A stretch of 23,759 bases of DNA from an uncultured Candidatus Bathyarchaeia archaeon (lineage in GTDB: Archaea > Thermoproteota > Bathyarchaeia > Bathyarchaeales > Bathycorpusculaceae). Every line of letters begins with the position of its first letter. Position 1 is the stretch's first letter. The notes under the pieces were generated by a model. The model was not told the DNA's origin and searched no databases. It saw only the letters and a program-made list of their open reading frames with translations. The stretch lies in NCBI GenBank assembly GCA_964450845.1, contig CAYVGZ010000012.1, forward strand, positions 1-23,759, written 5' to 3'. Shown here piece after piece: positions 16,096 to 23,759 of this stretch. The position numbers and the translations under genes are program-made.

Positions 16096-18513
16096 TTAGG
16101 TTTTCATCAGCTGCAGTGGACCCAGCTTTTCTAATTTTTCAGTCATCATTTGAGCGGCTTCGGCAAACTTGTCTCCTTCAATGTACACCATATTGAACAT
16201 CTCCAACCGTTCTGGCTCTATGCCATATTCCTTCAGCAACGCTTTTGTAAGTTCCACTTTCTTTTCAGCCTTGTTGACGCCGACTTCGTAGTGGCAACCG
16301 TCACTCTTGCAGCCTACAACCATTACTCCTTGGGCGCCAGCTTCGAACGCTTTTAGAAACTGGTTGATTTGCAATAAGCCCGTGCATGGAACCTTCATAA
16401 CTCTAACGTTAGCAGGGTACTGCATCTTGGCCATGCCTGAAGAGTCCACGGCTGTGCCTCCGCATTCTGAACAGCAGACAGCAAGAACCAAGGGTTTTGA
16501 TGTTCCATTTATGGACATAAGAGCCGTCATTTGAGCTTGCATCTGTTCTGGCCTATAATGCCGAAGTTCGATAGCGTTGACGGGACAAGTTCCTACGCAA
16601 ATGCCGCAGCCTTCACATAGGAGATCGGATATCCTCGCAACAAAATGCTCTTCATCCTTAGGCTCCAAACTTATGGCTCCGTAAGGACACGTGACAGGAC
16701 AGAATTCGCAGTCGCCGCAATATTCTTCATTAACCACGGCAGTTCTCTGATCTTTGACTATCTTGCCCGTGTTCAAGAACTTGGCAGTCTTCACAGCCGC
16801 TGAATGAGCATGAAGCGAAGTCGTCGGTGCATCTTTCGGGAATGTGGCGCCTCCACAGAGAAACACTCCTCTAAGCTTGGTCTCCGTGGGTCTTAACTTG
16901 GCATTGTACTCTTTAAAGAAGCCATCTTCATCTAACTCGATACCGAGAATTTCGGCTAGTTCCTTAGTTCCTTCAGCTGGCACCATGGCTGGCGCAAGCA
17001 CCACTAAGTCAGCTTCTAACTCGAGGAATTTTCTCGAAATTTGATCCTCAACATCGACGATTAGCAAGTTGACTTCTGGGTCATGCACGATTTCGGTTGG
17101 TCTACCTTTTACGAATTTTATTCCCATCTCTCTGGCTTTTTCATAATAGTACTCATGCTCTCTTCCTGTGGTTCTTACATCTATGTAACATATAGTGACG
17201 TCTGCATCGGGATAGGCTGATTTAATTAACATTGCATGTTTTAGCGAAATCATGCAACAAATGCCTGAGCACCAAGGATTCCATCGTCTATCGCGCGAAC
17301 CGACACATTGAATCATAACGATTCTTTTAGCAGGCTTTCGATCTGAAGGTCTAATAATCTCACCAGCAGTGGGGCCAAAGCCATCGATCATTCTTGCAAA
17401 TTCGAGATTAGTTATGATGTCTGGATACTCGCCATAGTGATACTCCTTTATCACGCTGGGGTCGTATTCTTGGAAGCCAGTAGCAACTATTATGCTGCCT
17501 ACGTTAAGTGTTGTTTTCTTACTTTTCTGGTTTAATTCAATGGCTTTGGTTGGGCAAACTTCAACGCATTTGGCGCAATCTTGAAATTTGCATACACTAT
17601 CGTCAATGACGTAGACTGGCGGATAAACGTTAGGAATGTTCATGTAAATAGCCTTGCGAGTTTTCAGCTTCGCATTGTATTCATCTGGCACTTCCACGGG
17701 ACAAACAGTTGTGCAAAGATCACAGCCAACGCATTTCAGTTCATTGACGTATCGTGGTTTCTTCTCTACTGTGACCTTATAGTTTCCAGGAACCCCCTCA
17801 ACGCCAACGATTTTGGAATTGGTCAGTATATTTAAGTTAGAAATCTCTGTGAATCCTGAACGGTACACGCACTTTCTGGAGGTGTGAGTTATCGTTTTGA
17901 CATCTGAAGCTGGAGACTGTATACAAATGGCGCAGTCATCAGTAGGGAAGAATCGACCTGCGCGAGCAGCCAAGCCTCCGAGAAAAGGCGCTTTTTCAAC
18001 CAGATGCACTTTGAATCCTAAATCCGCCAAATCTTCAGCTGCCTGCATTCCAGCTATACCTCCGCCTATCACTAGGACAGATTTCAAAGCTGGAAATTCG
18101 AGTTTCTCTATGGGCTCAAGAAGCTTTGCGCGTTCGATAGCAGCTAAAAGCATGGCTTTGGCTTTTTCAGTAGCTTCCGACGGCGTGTCTCGATGAGGCC
18201 ATGCACAGTGATCTTTAAGGTCTAAGACCGTCACTAAATATGGATTGAGCCCTGCATTTTCAACTGCTTGAACGATTTTCACTTCGCTTAGCTTTGGAAG
18301 ACTTTCTGCAACGACGACCCTGCTTAGCTTTCCATTCTTAATGGCATCTACGATGGTCTGTAGTCCTGGGTCTCGCCAAAACTCGCTGCCTCTTGCAACA
18401 AAAGCCACACCAGAAACTTTTTTCACGTAGCTTGTTAAGGCATCAAAGTCCAAGATTTCAGAAAGCTGTTTTCCGCAATCAGATAGAAATACTCCAACTT
18501 TAACTTCTTCCAT
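16096..18513 (-). CDS. hdrA: HdrA::MvhD fusion (805 aa) with degenerate N-terminal Fe-S domain
   Basis: GGGIAG, PTDDCAIC, inserted ferredoxin, QCVGSRD...CSGICCMISLK, C-terminal ferredoxin, then MvhD-like CCSEC, VPCTG, GCKSDGCHY, ERLEM. RBS GGTGAGGGG. Confidence 0.93.
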   Translation of the reverse strand: MEEVKVGVFLSDCGKQLSEILDFDALTSYVKKVSGVAFVARGSEFWRDPGLQTIVDAIKNGKLSRVVVAESLPKLSEVKIVQAVENAGLNPYLVTVLDLKDHCAWPHRDTPSEATEKAKAMLLAAIERAKLLEPIEKLEFPALKSVLVIGGGIAGMQAAEDLADLGFKVHLVEKAPFLGGLAARAGRFFPTDDCAICIQSPASDVKTITHTSRKCVYRSGFTEISNLNILTNSKIVGVEGVPGNYKVTVEKKPRYVNELKCVGCDLCTTVCPVEVPDEYNAKLKTRKAIYMNIPNVYPPVYVIDDSVCKFQDCAKCVEVCPTKAIELNQKSKKTTLNVGSIIVATGFQEYDPSVIKEYHYGEYPDIITNLEFARMIDGFGPTAGEIIRPSDRKPAKRIVMIQCVGSRDRRWNPWCSGICCMISLKHAMLIKSAYPDADVTICYIDVRTTGREHEYYYEKAREMGIKFVKGRPTEIVHDPEVNLLIVDVEDQISRKFLELEADLVVLAPAMVPAEGTKELAEILGIELDEDGFFKEYNAKLRPTETKLRGVFLCGGATFPKDAPTTSLHAHSAAVKTAKFLNTGKIVKDQRTAVVNEEYCGDCEFCPVTCPYGAISLEPKDEEHFVARISDLLCEGCGICVGTCPVNAIELRHYRPEQMQAQMTALMSINGTSKPLVLAVCCSECGGTAVDSSGMAKMQYPANVRVMKVPCTGLLQINQFLKAFEAGAQGVMVVGCKSDGCHYEVGVNKAEKKVELTKALLKEYGIEPERLEMFNMVYIEGDKFAEAAQMMTEKLEKLGPLQLMKT

Positions 18514-18523
18514 GTTTAACCCC

Positions 18524-19981
18524 TCACCTTCTCAACTTCTTTACAAGTTGCCTTTCGCTGTCGTAAATCTCCACTTCTAAAGGCATTTCCCCAATAGCAA
18601 AGTGAGTAGCACAAGCAAAGCATGGATCATAAGCCCTAAAAGCCATCTCCACCATGTTCAATATTCCATCACTGACTTTACCGTTGTGTATAAGGCCTTT
18701 TGCAGCATTTTTCACCGACATACAAATGCCAGGAGCGTTATGAGTTGTAGCTACTATAAGGTTAACTTTTTTGGCTAAGGCTTTCTCATCAAGTATATAA
18801 TGGTGAATTAAAGTGCCCCTAGCAGCCTCGACTATTCCAATTCCTTCACCAGGTTTTCCAGGTTTGTTTTTTATGTCTTTTCTAGTTATTTCTGGGTCTG
18901 TTATCAATTCTAGTGCCCGTTCAGTTGCGTACATTAATTCTATAAGCCGCGCCCAGTGGAAAGCTAAAGTGGCGTGGACTGGTTTTCCACCTAAAGTTTT
19001 ATACATTCTTGTGTATTCTTCTTGTGCTATGGGCGTTGCCATGCCTTCTGCAGCGTTAAGTCTTCCTAGCGGGCCTACCCTGTAAATGCCGCTGTCAACT
19101 CCATCAACCAAGCCTTTCCAACCAACCTTTTTGAGGTAGGTCAACTTGACGTAGGTCCATGGTTCAACATGCTCTTCGATAACATCCAAATATTCTTTAG
19201 GAGCAAACTTCAAAAACTCCTTTCCTTCGGGGTTTACCACTCGCACATTGCCGTCGTAGAAGTTCACTTTATTGTTTTTGTCAACTGTTCCCATGTAATA
19301 GGTTTTCAGAGCGTAAGGCTCGCTTTTAATCAAGTTTACGTAGTCAACGTTTTTGAGAACCACATCGCCGAAGAGTTTCAGAGAGAACTTGGCGAAATCG
19401 ACACAACTTCTAACCATTTTCTCGATTTCTTGCCTATCTTCCTCAGACAACGCCTTTGCAATTCCGCCAGGAATACATGCACTTACAGGATGAGTCGGTC
19501 TCCCTCCAAGTATGCCTGTTATCTTCTGCCCATAAGCCCTATGTTTTATTACTTCCTTGCCAATTTCTAAACCAGCCTTTTCTATCACTCCAAGCACGTT
19601 TCTTTTCGCTGGCGGAGCATCTGGTCCTACGACAAAGTCGGGACCGCCCAAAAAGTAGAAGTGAAGTATATGGTCATAGATAAAGTAGCCACAATACATT
19701 AGTTCTCTAAGTTTTTTAGCGGTTTCTGTAGGTTCTACGTTGAATGCCGCGTCTAAAGCCTTTGCTCCTGCCATGTGATGTGCAACTGGGCATACGCCGC
19801 AGATTCTAGTGGTTATTATAGGCAGGTCTTCGGCTCTTCTTCCTTCGCAGAACTTTTCGAACCCTCTGAGTTCAGGAACTTGAAGGTAAGCGTTTTCAAC
19901 ATTTCCCTCATCATTCAAGAATATTGTTATTTTTCCATGCCCTTCAAGCCTTGTGATTGGGTCTATGATTACTTCTTTCAT
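18524..19981 (-). CDS. mvhA: Group 3c [NiFe]-hydrogenase large subunit MvhA (copy 2)
   Basis: TRLEGH, RICGVCP, EAARG, DPCFACATH plus tail. Colinear with copy 1. Confidence 0.95.
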   Translation of the reverse strand: MKEVIIDPITRLEGHGKITIFLNDEGNVENAYLQVPELRGFEKFCEGRRAEDLPIITTRICGVCPVAHHMAGAKALDAAFNVEPTETAKKLRELMYCGYFIYDHILHFYFLGGPDFVVGPDAPPAKRNVLGVIEKAGLEIGKEVIKHRAYGQKITGILGGRPTHPVSACIPGGIAKALSEEDRQEIEKMVRSCVDFAKFSLKLFGDVVLKNVDYVNLIKSEPYALKTYYMGTVDKNNKVNFYDGNVRVVNPEGKEFLKFAPKEYLDVIEEHVEPWTYVKLTYLKKVGWKGLVDGVDSGIYRVGPLGRLNAAEGMATPIAQEEYTRMYKTLGGKPVHATLAFHWARLIELMYATERALELITDPEITRKDIKNKPGKPGEGIGIVEAARGTLIHHYILDEKALAKKVNLIVATTHNAPGICMSVKNAAKGLIHNGKVSDGILNMVEMAFRAYDPCFACATHFAIGEMPLEVEIYDSERQLVKKLRR

Positions 19982-20919
19982 TTCATCACTTTCCTCCGCA
20001 AAATGGAATTGGCAAGAGAATACTTATAGAAAGTTCCTACTGGATCAACAACCTGTTCGATGACGCTTGAATCAGTAGCAATAGAAGCAAGCGCACTTAC
20101 AATGGCAGCGCCTTGATCAGCCACGCGAGGACCTGGTCCGTCGCAGCCAGTGCAAGGTATGTTTACTTTTGGACATTGTGCACCGCAGCCTGCTCGTGTT
20201 GCAGGACCCATGCAAATTACTCCTTGATCCCAGAAACATGTTTCAAAGTCGTCTTCAATTTCGTAAATTCTCTTTATTTCAGAAAGCTTTCGATCTTTTT
20301 TCTTTCTTGGGCATTCGTCGCAGATTGACTTGTTTGGTAGGAAGCTTGATCCTTTAGGAGGCAACTTGTTGTTTATGATAGCTTCGAAGGCTTGGATTAT
20401 GCTTGGAATCGGTGGTGGACAGCCTGAGAGAAAATAGTCCACGTCTACAGTTTGAGCTAAGGTTTTTACTGTGTCGTAAAATTCAGGCAATTCAAGTTCT
20501 CCTTCTTCGACTTTAACAGAGGTTTTAGGGGTTACTTGTTCAGAGTTTTTAGTTGAAGGAGTTTCAAAGTAGGCTCGTTCAAAAATTGTTTTTTTGTTCC
20601 AGAGATTTGCTAGCCCTTTAACGCATCCATCACAGGCGCAGGATCCGAAGGCTACGAGAATTTTTGATTTTGCCCTCAGAAGTCTAGCCATGTGCTCGTT
20701 TTCTGAGGTTCTTATGGCTCCGTTGAAGAAGCAGGCGTCTATGCTTTTGTCGGGCATGTCTTCAACGTCTTTGTATTTGATGTCGATGGCTACTGGCCAG
20801 AAGACTATGTCCGCTTTTGCTACAATGTCTAGGATTTTTTCGTTTATGTCTAAAACTGCTATTTCGCAGCCGCCGCAACTAGCTGCCCAGTAGAAGGCTA
20901 ATTTCAGCTTTTCTGTCAT
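19978..20919 (-). CDS. mvhG: Group 3c [NiFe]-hydrogenase small subunit MvhG (copy 2)
   Basis: SCGGCE, GSCACDGC, SGCPP, CDECP, CMGPATRAGC..QC, PCTGC. ATG 20919 preferred; the ORF is open to 20934. Confidence 0.95.
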   Translation of the reverse strand: MTEKLKLAFYWAASCGGCEIAVLDINEKILDIVAKADIVFWPVAIDIKYKDVEDMPDKSIDACFFNGAIRTSENEHMARLLRAKSKILVAFGSCACDGCVKGLANLWNKKTIFERAYFETPSTKNSEQVTPKTSVKVEEGELELPEFYDTVKTLAQTVDVDYFLSGCPPPIPSIIQAFEAIINNKLPPKGSSFLPNKSICDECPRKKKDRKLSEIKRIYEIEDDFETCFWDQGVICMGPATRAGCGAQCPKVNIPCTGCDGPGPRVADQGAAIVSALASIATDSSVIEQVVDPVGTFYKYSLANSILRRKVMK

Positions 20920-20962
20920 CAGCCTCATCCTCAAATTATAGAAAACTCAATAAACTAGGAAA

Positions 20963-20977
20963 GTTAAATATCTTTTT
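20963..20977 (-). promoter_or_regulatory. Candidate BRE/TATA of operon B
   Basis: Minus strand reads AAAAAGA-TATTTAAC, about 30-45 nt upstream of the mvhG2 start candidates. Confidence 0.5.
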
Positions 20978-20992
20978 ATCCTATTTCACGTT

Positions 20993-21010
20993 TTTATTAT
21001 TAATAATAAA
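20993..21010. promoter_or_regulatory. Perfect 18-bp palindrome between the divergent mvhG2 and lrp promoters; candidate operator
   Basis: TTTATTATTAATAATAAA equals its own reverse complement. Confidence 0.55.
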
Positions 21011-21027
21011 TTAAAAAACCAAAACCC

Positions 21028-21035
21028 TTATAATT
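21028..21035 (+). promoter_or_regulatory. Candidate TATA box of the lrp gene
   Basis: TTATAATT preceded by AAAACCC, about 50 nt upstream of the start. Confidence 0.4.
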
Positions 21036-21090
21036 TATGTGGTCCGCAATCAATTAAAAATCCAATAGCGGCAATTATTAGGTGAAGAGT

Positions 21091-21651
21091 TTGGAAAAAT
21101 TTGATGAAACAGATAAAAGAATTATTTCATTGCTTATGGAAAACTCTGACATGTCACAAAGCGAAATAGCAAGTCATTTGAAGCTGTCGCAGCCTGCTAT
21201 CTATACAAGGATACGACAATTAAAAAACCGTGAAATGATAAATAGCTTAGTTGGCGTAAACCTGAAGAAGACAAATCTACATATAGCAAAAATAGAAATA
21301 ACAGCTAAAGATCCGTGGAAAATTGTAGAGTTTTTCAAAAACTGCCCTATGTGTGTGAATGGATTTATTACCTCTGGAAAACATAACCTGTGCCTCTTTT
21401 TCGTAAGCGAAAAGCTGCAAGCAATCGACTGCTGCGCTAATCATAACCTAAGGAAAAACCCGAATGTTGTGGACGTAGAATTTAATGTAGTAGTTACTCC
21501 AGTGAAAGACTTGGTAGTTCCTCTCAAAATGTATTATAAAAGGAAGGAAAAAGCTCCTTGTGGAAAAGTCTGCCCAGAACAACCTTGCTATCCAATTGAA
21601 AAATGTCTAGGATGCCCAGCCACAGTGTTCTACAAGGGAAAATTCTTATAG
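21091..21651 (+). CDS. Lrp/AsnC-family transcriptional regulator with a Cys-rich C-terminal extension
   Basis: DETDKRIISLL...SQSEIASHLKLSQPAIYTRIRQL HTH; RAM-like TSGKHNL; 10 Cys. The longest ORF starts at GTG 21082; TTG 21091 sits 5 nt after GGTGA. Confidence 0.85.
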   Translation: MEKFDETDKRIISLLMENSDMSQSEIASHLKLSQPAIYTRIRQLKNREMINSLVGVNLKKTNLHIAKIEITAKDPWKIVEFFKNCPMCVNGFITSGKHNLCLFFVSEKLQAIDCCANHNLRKNPNVVDVEFNVVVTPVKDLVVPLKMYYKRKEKAPCGKVCPEQPCYPIEKCLGCPATVFYKGKFL

Positions 21652-21756
21652 ATTAGCATTTTTACTCTCAAAGAAACAATTCTGCGAAACTAGTTGATTG
21701 AAAGGCATCGTAAATACACAGGTAATAGAATGAGACAAAACCATAAATTTCCAGCC

Positions 21757-23759
21757 TTATGGCTCGCTTAAGGCTTCAGCCTCTTTATCTTCTTCCTGCT
21801 TTTTTACCTGTTCTTGCGACTTTTGCTGTTGTGTTTCTATAGTCTTTTCTTCAATTTTTAAAGAGCCTTGCTGTTTCTCGCATTTCATAGGCATTTCCTC
21901 TTTTAGGTTTAAATTGCCTCTAATTGTGCCGTCTTCCTGATATTTCAGTGTAAAGCCCATTTTCTTTGTTAGGTTTATAGCTCTATAGTTGTCTGAAAGC
22001 ATTATAGCATATAGGGTTTCGACGCCCATGTCCTTGCATATGTCGATGGTATGGTCAACCATTTTCGTGCCTAACCCCAGTCCTTGCCATGGGTCAGCGA
22101 TTATGAAGGCTATTTCGCCGTTTTTTCGGTCTGGTTCTAGGCTGACTCGGACAACTCCCAAGATTTTTCTTTGTCCGTTTTCGTTTAGTTCTGGGACAAT
22201 AGCTATTTCTCTGTCGTAATCAATGTTGCAGTAGCGAACTCGAACTTCGTGCGGCGTGTCTTTGATTATTTGGAAGAATCTGTAGCGTATTGATTCTTCT
22301 GAGAAGTTTTGGAACATTTCCAACCATAATGGTTCATCTTCAGGTTTTATGGGTCTTAGCAGTACTGTTCGTCCGTCGCGGAGTTTCCATAAAGTTTCAT
22401 ATTTTTTGGGATATGGACTTATGACCAGATGTTGGTGAGGCTCAAATTTTTCGAATACCCGTTGCTTGTCAACTGCTATTCGCGCGTCGATAGCATAAGC
22501 TTCTTTTTGATCTATAAGCAATGGGTTAATGTCAACCTCTTTAAGTTGCGGAAAATCAACTAGCATCTGCGAAAAGCGTACAATTATCTCTTCGAGTAGC
22601 TTGATGTTTGCTGGTGGCACGTTTCTGTAGCCCTTTAGAAGTTGGTAAACTTTTGTTTCCTCCATCATTCTTCTGACTAATGTTTGGTTTAATGGCGGAA
22701 GCCCAAGAGAGAAATCTTTAAAAAGTTCTACTTCAACGCCGCCCATCCCAAACAAAATTACTGGACCGAACAGTGGGTCAGTTTTGGCTCCAATTATAAC
22801 TTCAAAGCCTTGTTTCTTGATCATGGGCTGAACTGTAACGCCTTGAATCGAAGCGTTTGGGTTATAGTTTTTTGCATTTCTTATGATTTGCTCAAAGGCT
22901 TCTCTAACTTCAGTGCTGGTGTTGATGTCGAGAACGACGCCACCTGCATCTGTTTTGTGGACTATTTGAGGAGACAGAATCTTGAGTACTACGGGATAGC
23001 CTATCTGGGATGCGTAGGCAACGGCTTCATCTGCAGTAGCGGCGACGCAAACCTTTGCTACTGGAAAATTGTAGTACTCTAAGAGTTTCTTTGATTCTGC
23101 TTCGGTGAGCAGTTCACGGTTTTCCAGAACAACGTTTCTCAATATTGTCGTAATTGGACGCTTAGGCGGGGCAATGTCAACTGGAAGCTCTTCTGGTGTT
23201 TCATAAATTAGTTCTAGGTTGCGTTTGTACTGGTGCATGTAGATGTATGTTTTGATTGCTTGTTCTGGAGTAGAGTATGTGGGAATGCTGTTTTCGTTGA
23301 AGACACGGTTTGCCTCTTCCACAGCATCGCGACCCATGAAAGAGGTTAAAATTGTTTTATTATGATAACCTTCGTTTTTGTATAATTCGACAATTGTTTT
23401 TGCGATTTCAACTGGTTCCGCTATAGCTTGAGGCGTGTAAACGATTAGTATGCCGTCTACGTTTTCGTCGTTGAGGCAAGCTTCAACTACTGCTTTGTAA
23501 CGATCAGCTTTGGCATCTCCCAGAATATCAATTGGATTGCCTTTGCTCCAATAATGCGGCAAAATGCTGTTTAGAGTTTTCATTGTTTTCTGGCTTAATT
23601 TAGCCAGTTTTCCTTCTTTAGCGATTAACGCGTCAGTAGCCATGACGCCTGGACCGCCAGCATTCGTAATTATGGCAAGGTTTGGACCTTTTGGCATGGG
23701 CTGCATTCCAAGGGCTTCGGCGCAGTTGAATAGGTCGGAGATTTCGTCAACGCGGACGA
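21757..23759 (-). CDS. Acyl-CoA synthetase (ADP-forming) alpha/beta fused to a C-terminal GNAT acetyltransferase (Pat/YfiQ-like architecture); 5'-truncated
   Basis: ITNAGGPG, NPIDILGDA, ATP-grasp with SPQIVHKTDAGGV and DINPL, GNAT with LRPIKPED and QGLGLG. The frame is open to the window edge (VRVDEISDLFNCAEALG). Confidence 0.9.
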   Translation of the reverse strand, partial: VRVDEISDLFNCAEALGMQPMPKGPNLAIITNAGGPGVMATDALIAKEGKLAKLSQKTMKTLNSILPHYWSKGNPIDILGDAKADRYKAVVEACLNDENVDGILIVYTPQAIAEPVEIAKTIVELYKNEGYHNKTILTSFMGRDAVEEANRVFNENSIPTYSTPEQAIKTYIYMHQYKRNLELIYETPEELPVDIAPPKRPITTILRNVVLENRELLTEAESKKLLEYYNFPVAKVCVAATADEAVAYASQIGYPVVLKILSPQIVHKTDAGGVVLDINTSTEVREAFEQIIRNAKNYNPNASIQGVTVQPMIKKQGFEVIIGAKTDPLFGPVILFGMGGVEVELFKDFSLGLPPLNQTLVRRMMEETKVYQLLKGYRNVPPANIKLLEEIIVRFSQMLVDFPQLKEVDINPLLIDQKEAYAIDARIAVDKQRVFEKFEPHQHLVISPYPKKYETLWKLRDGRTVLLRPIKPEDEPLWLEMFQNFSEESIRYRFFQIIKDTPHEVRVRYCNIDYDREIAIVPELNENGQRKILGVVRVSLEPDRKNGEIAFIIADPWQGLGLGTKMVDHTIDICKDMGVETLYAIMLSDNYRAINLTKKMGFTLKYQEDGTIRGNLNLKEEMPMKCEKQQGSLKIEEKTIETQQQKSQEQVKKQEEDKEAEALSEP

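Noticed and set aside
1919-20934. Selenocysteine or pyrrolysine recoding in Mvh/Hdr subunits
   Set aside because: All Ni and Fe-S motifs are encoded as Cys in uninterrupted frames. The only break is a frameshift, not an in-frame TGA/TAG.
21044-21071. Imperfect inverted repeat CCGCAAT-N14-ATAGCGG before lrp
   Set aside because: Short, mismatched and not distinguishable from chance.
1442-23082. Numerous 60-222-aa plus-strand ORFs opposite the operons (e.g. 9833-10501, 3479-3874, 7906-8250, 19169-19570)
   Set aside because: Antisense shadows of well-supported genes, with no recognisable motifs.
1-23759. CRISPR arrays, tRNA/rRNA, IS elements, integrases
   Set aside because: The window is almost entirely coding, intergenic gaps are short, and no spaced repeats, RNA-gene signatures or transposase motifs were seen.

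Overview
Archaeal anaerobic-metabolism locus. Gene style, GGTGA/GGAGG ribosome-binding sites and TATA-like promoters suggest Ca. Bathyarchaeia, but this is inference. Two paralogous minus-strand [NiFe]-hydrogenase/heterodisulfide-reductase operons dominate. Operon A (11736->1378): GltD/NfnB-like flavoprotein with an HdrA-type C-terminal ferredoxin, an MvhD-like::winged-helix gene broken by a 1-nt frameshift, a 1005-aa two-module HdrA, mvhD, hdrC, hdrB, mvhG, mvhA and a maturation protease. Operon B (20919->14692): mvhG2, mvhA2, hdrA::mvhD fusion, hdrC2, hdrB2. Between them is a small island: an RHH::GcvH-like fusion lacking the lipoyl lysine, DUF2061, an AbrB-PhoU regulator and a Cys-rich Hsp20-like gene. 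A Cys-rich Lrp/AsnC regulator is divergent from operon B. The window is flanked by a partial tungsten AOR with its polyferredoxin partner and a partial acyl-CoA ligase (ADP-forming)::GNAT fusion. Most notable: (i) the lysine-less RHH-GcvH fusion with a TATAC repeat array in its promoter; (ii) an apparent split-HdrL NAD(P)H module; (iii) an HdrA::MvhD that has lost the Glu linked to flavin bifurcation and two N-terminal cluster cysteines, beside an HdrA that keeps them. No RNA genes, CRISPR arrays, mobile elements or Sec/Pyl recoding were recognised. All family assignments come from motif recognition by eye, not database searches.
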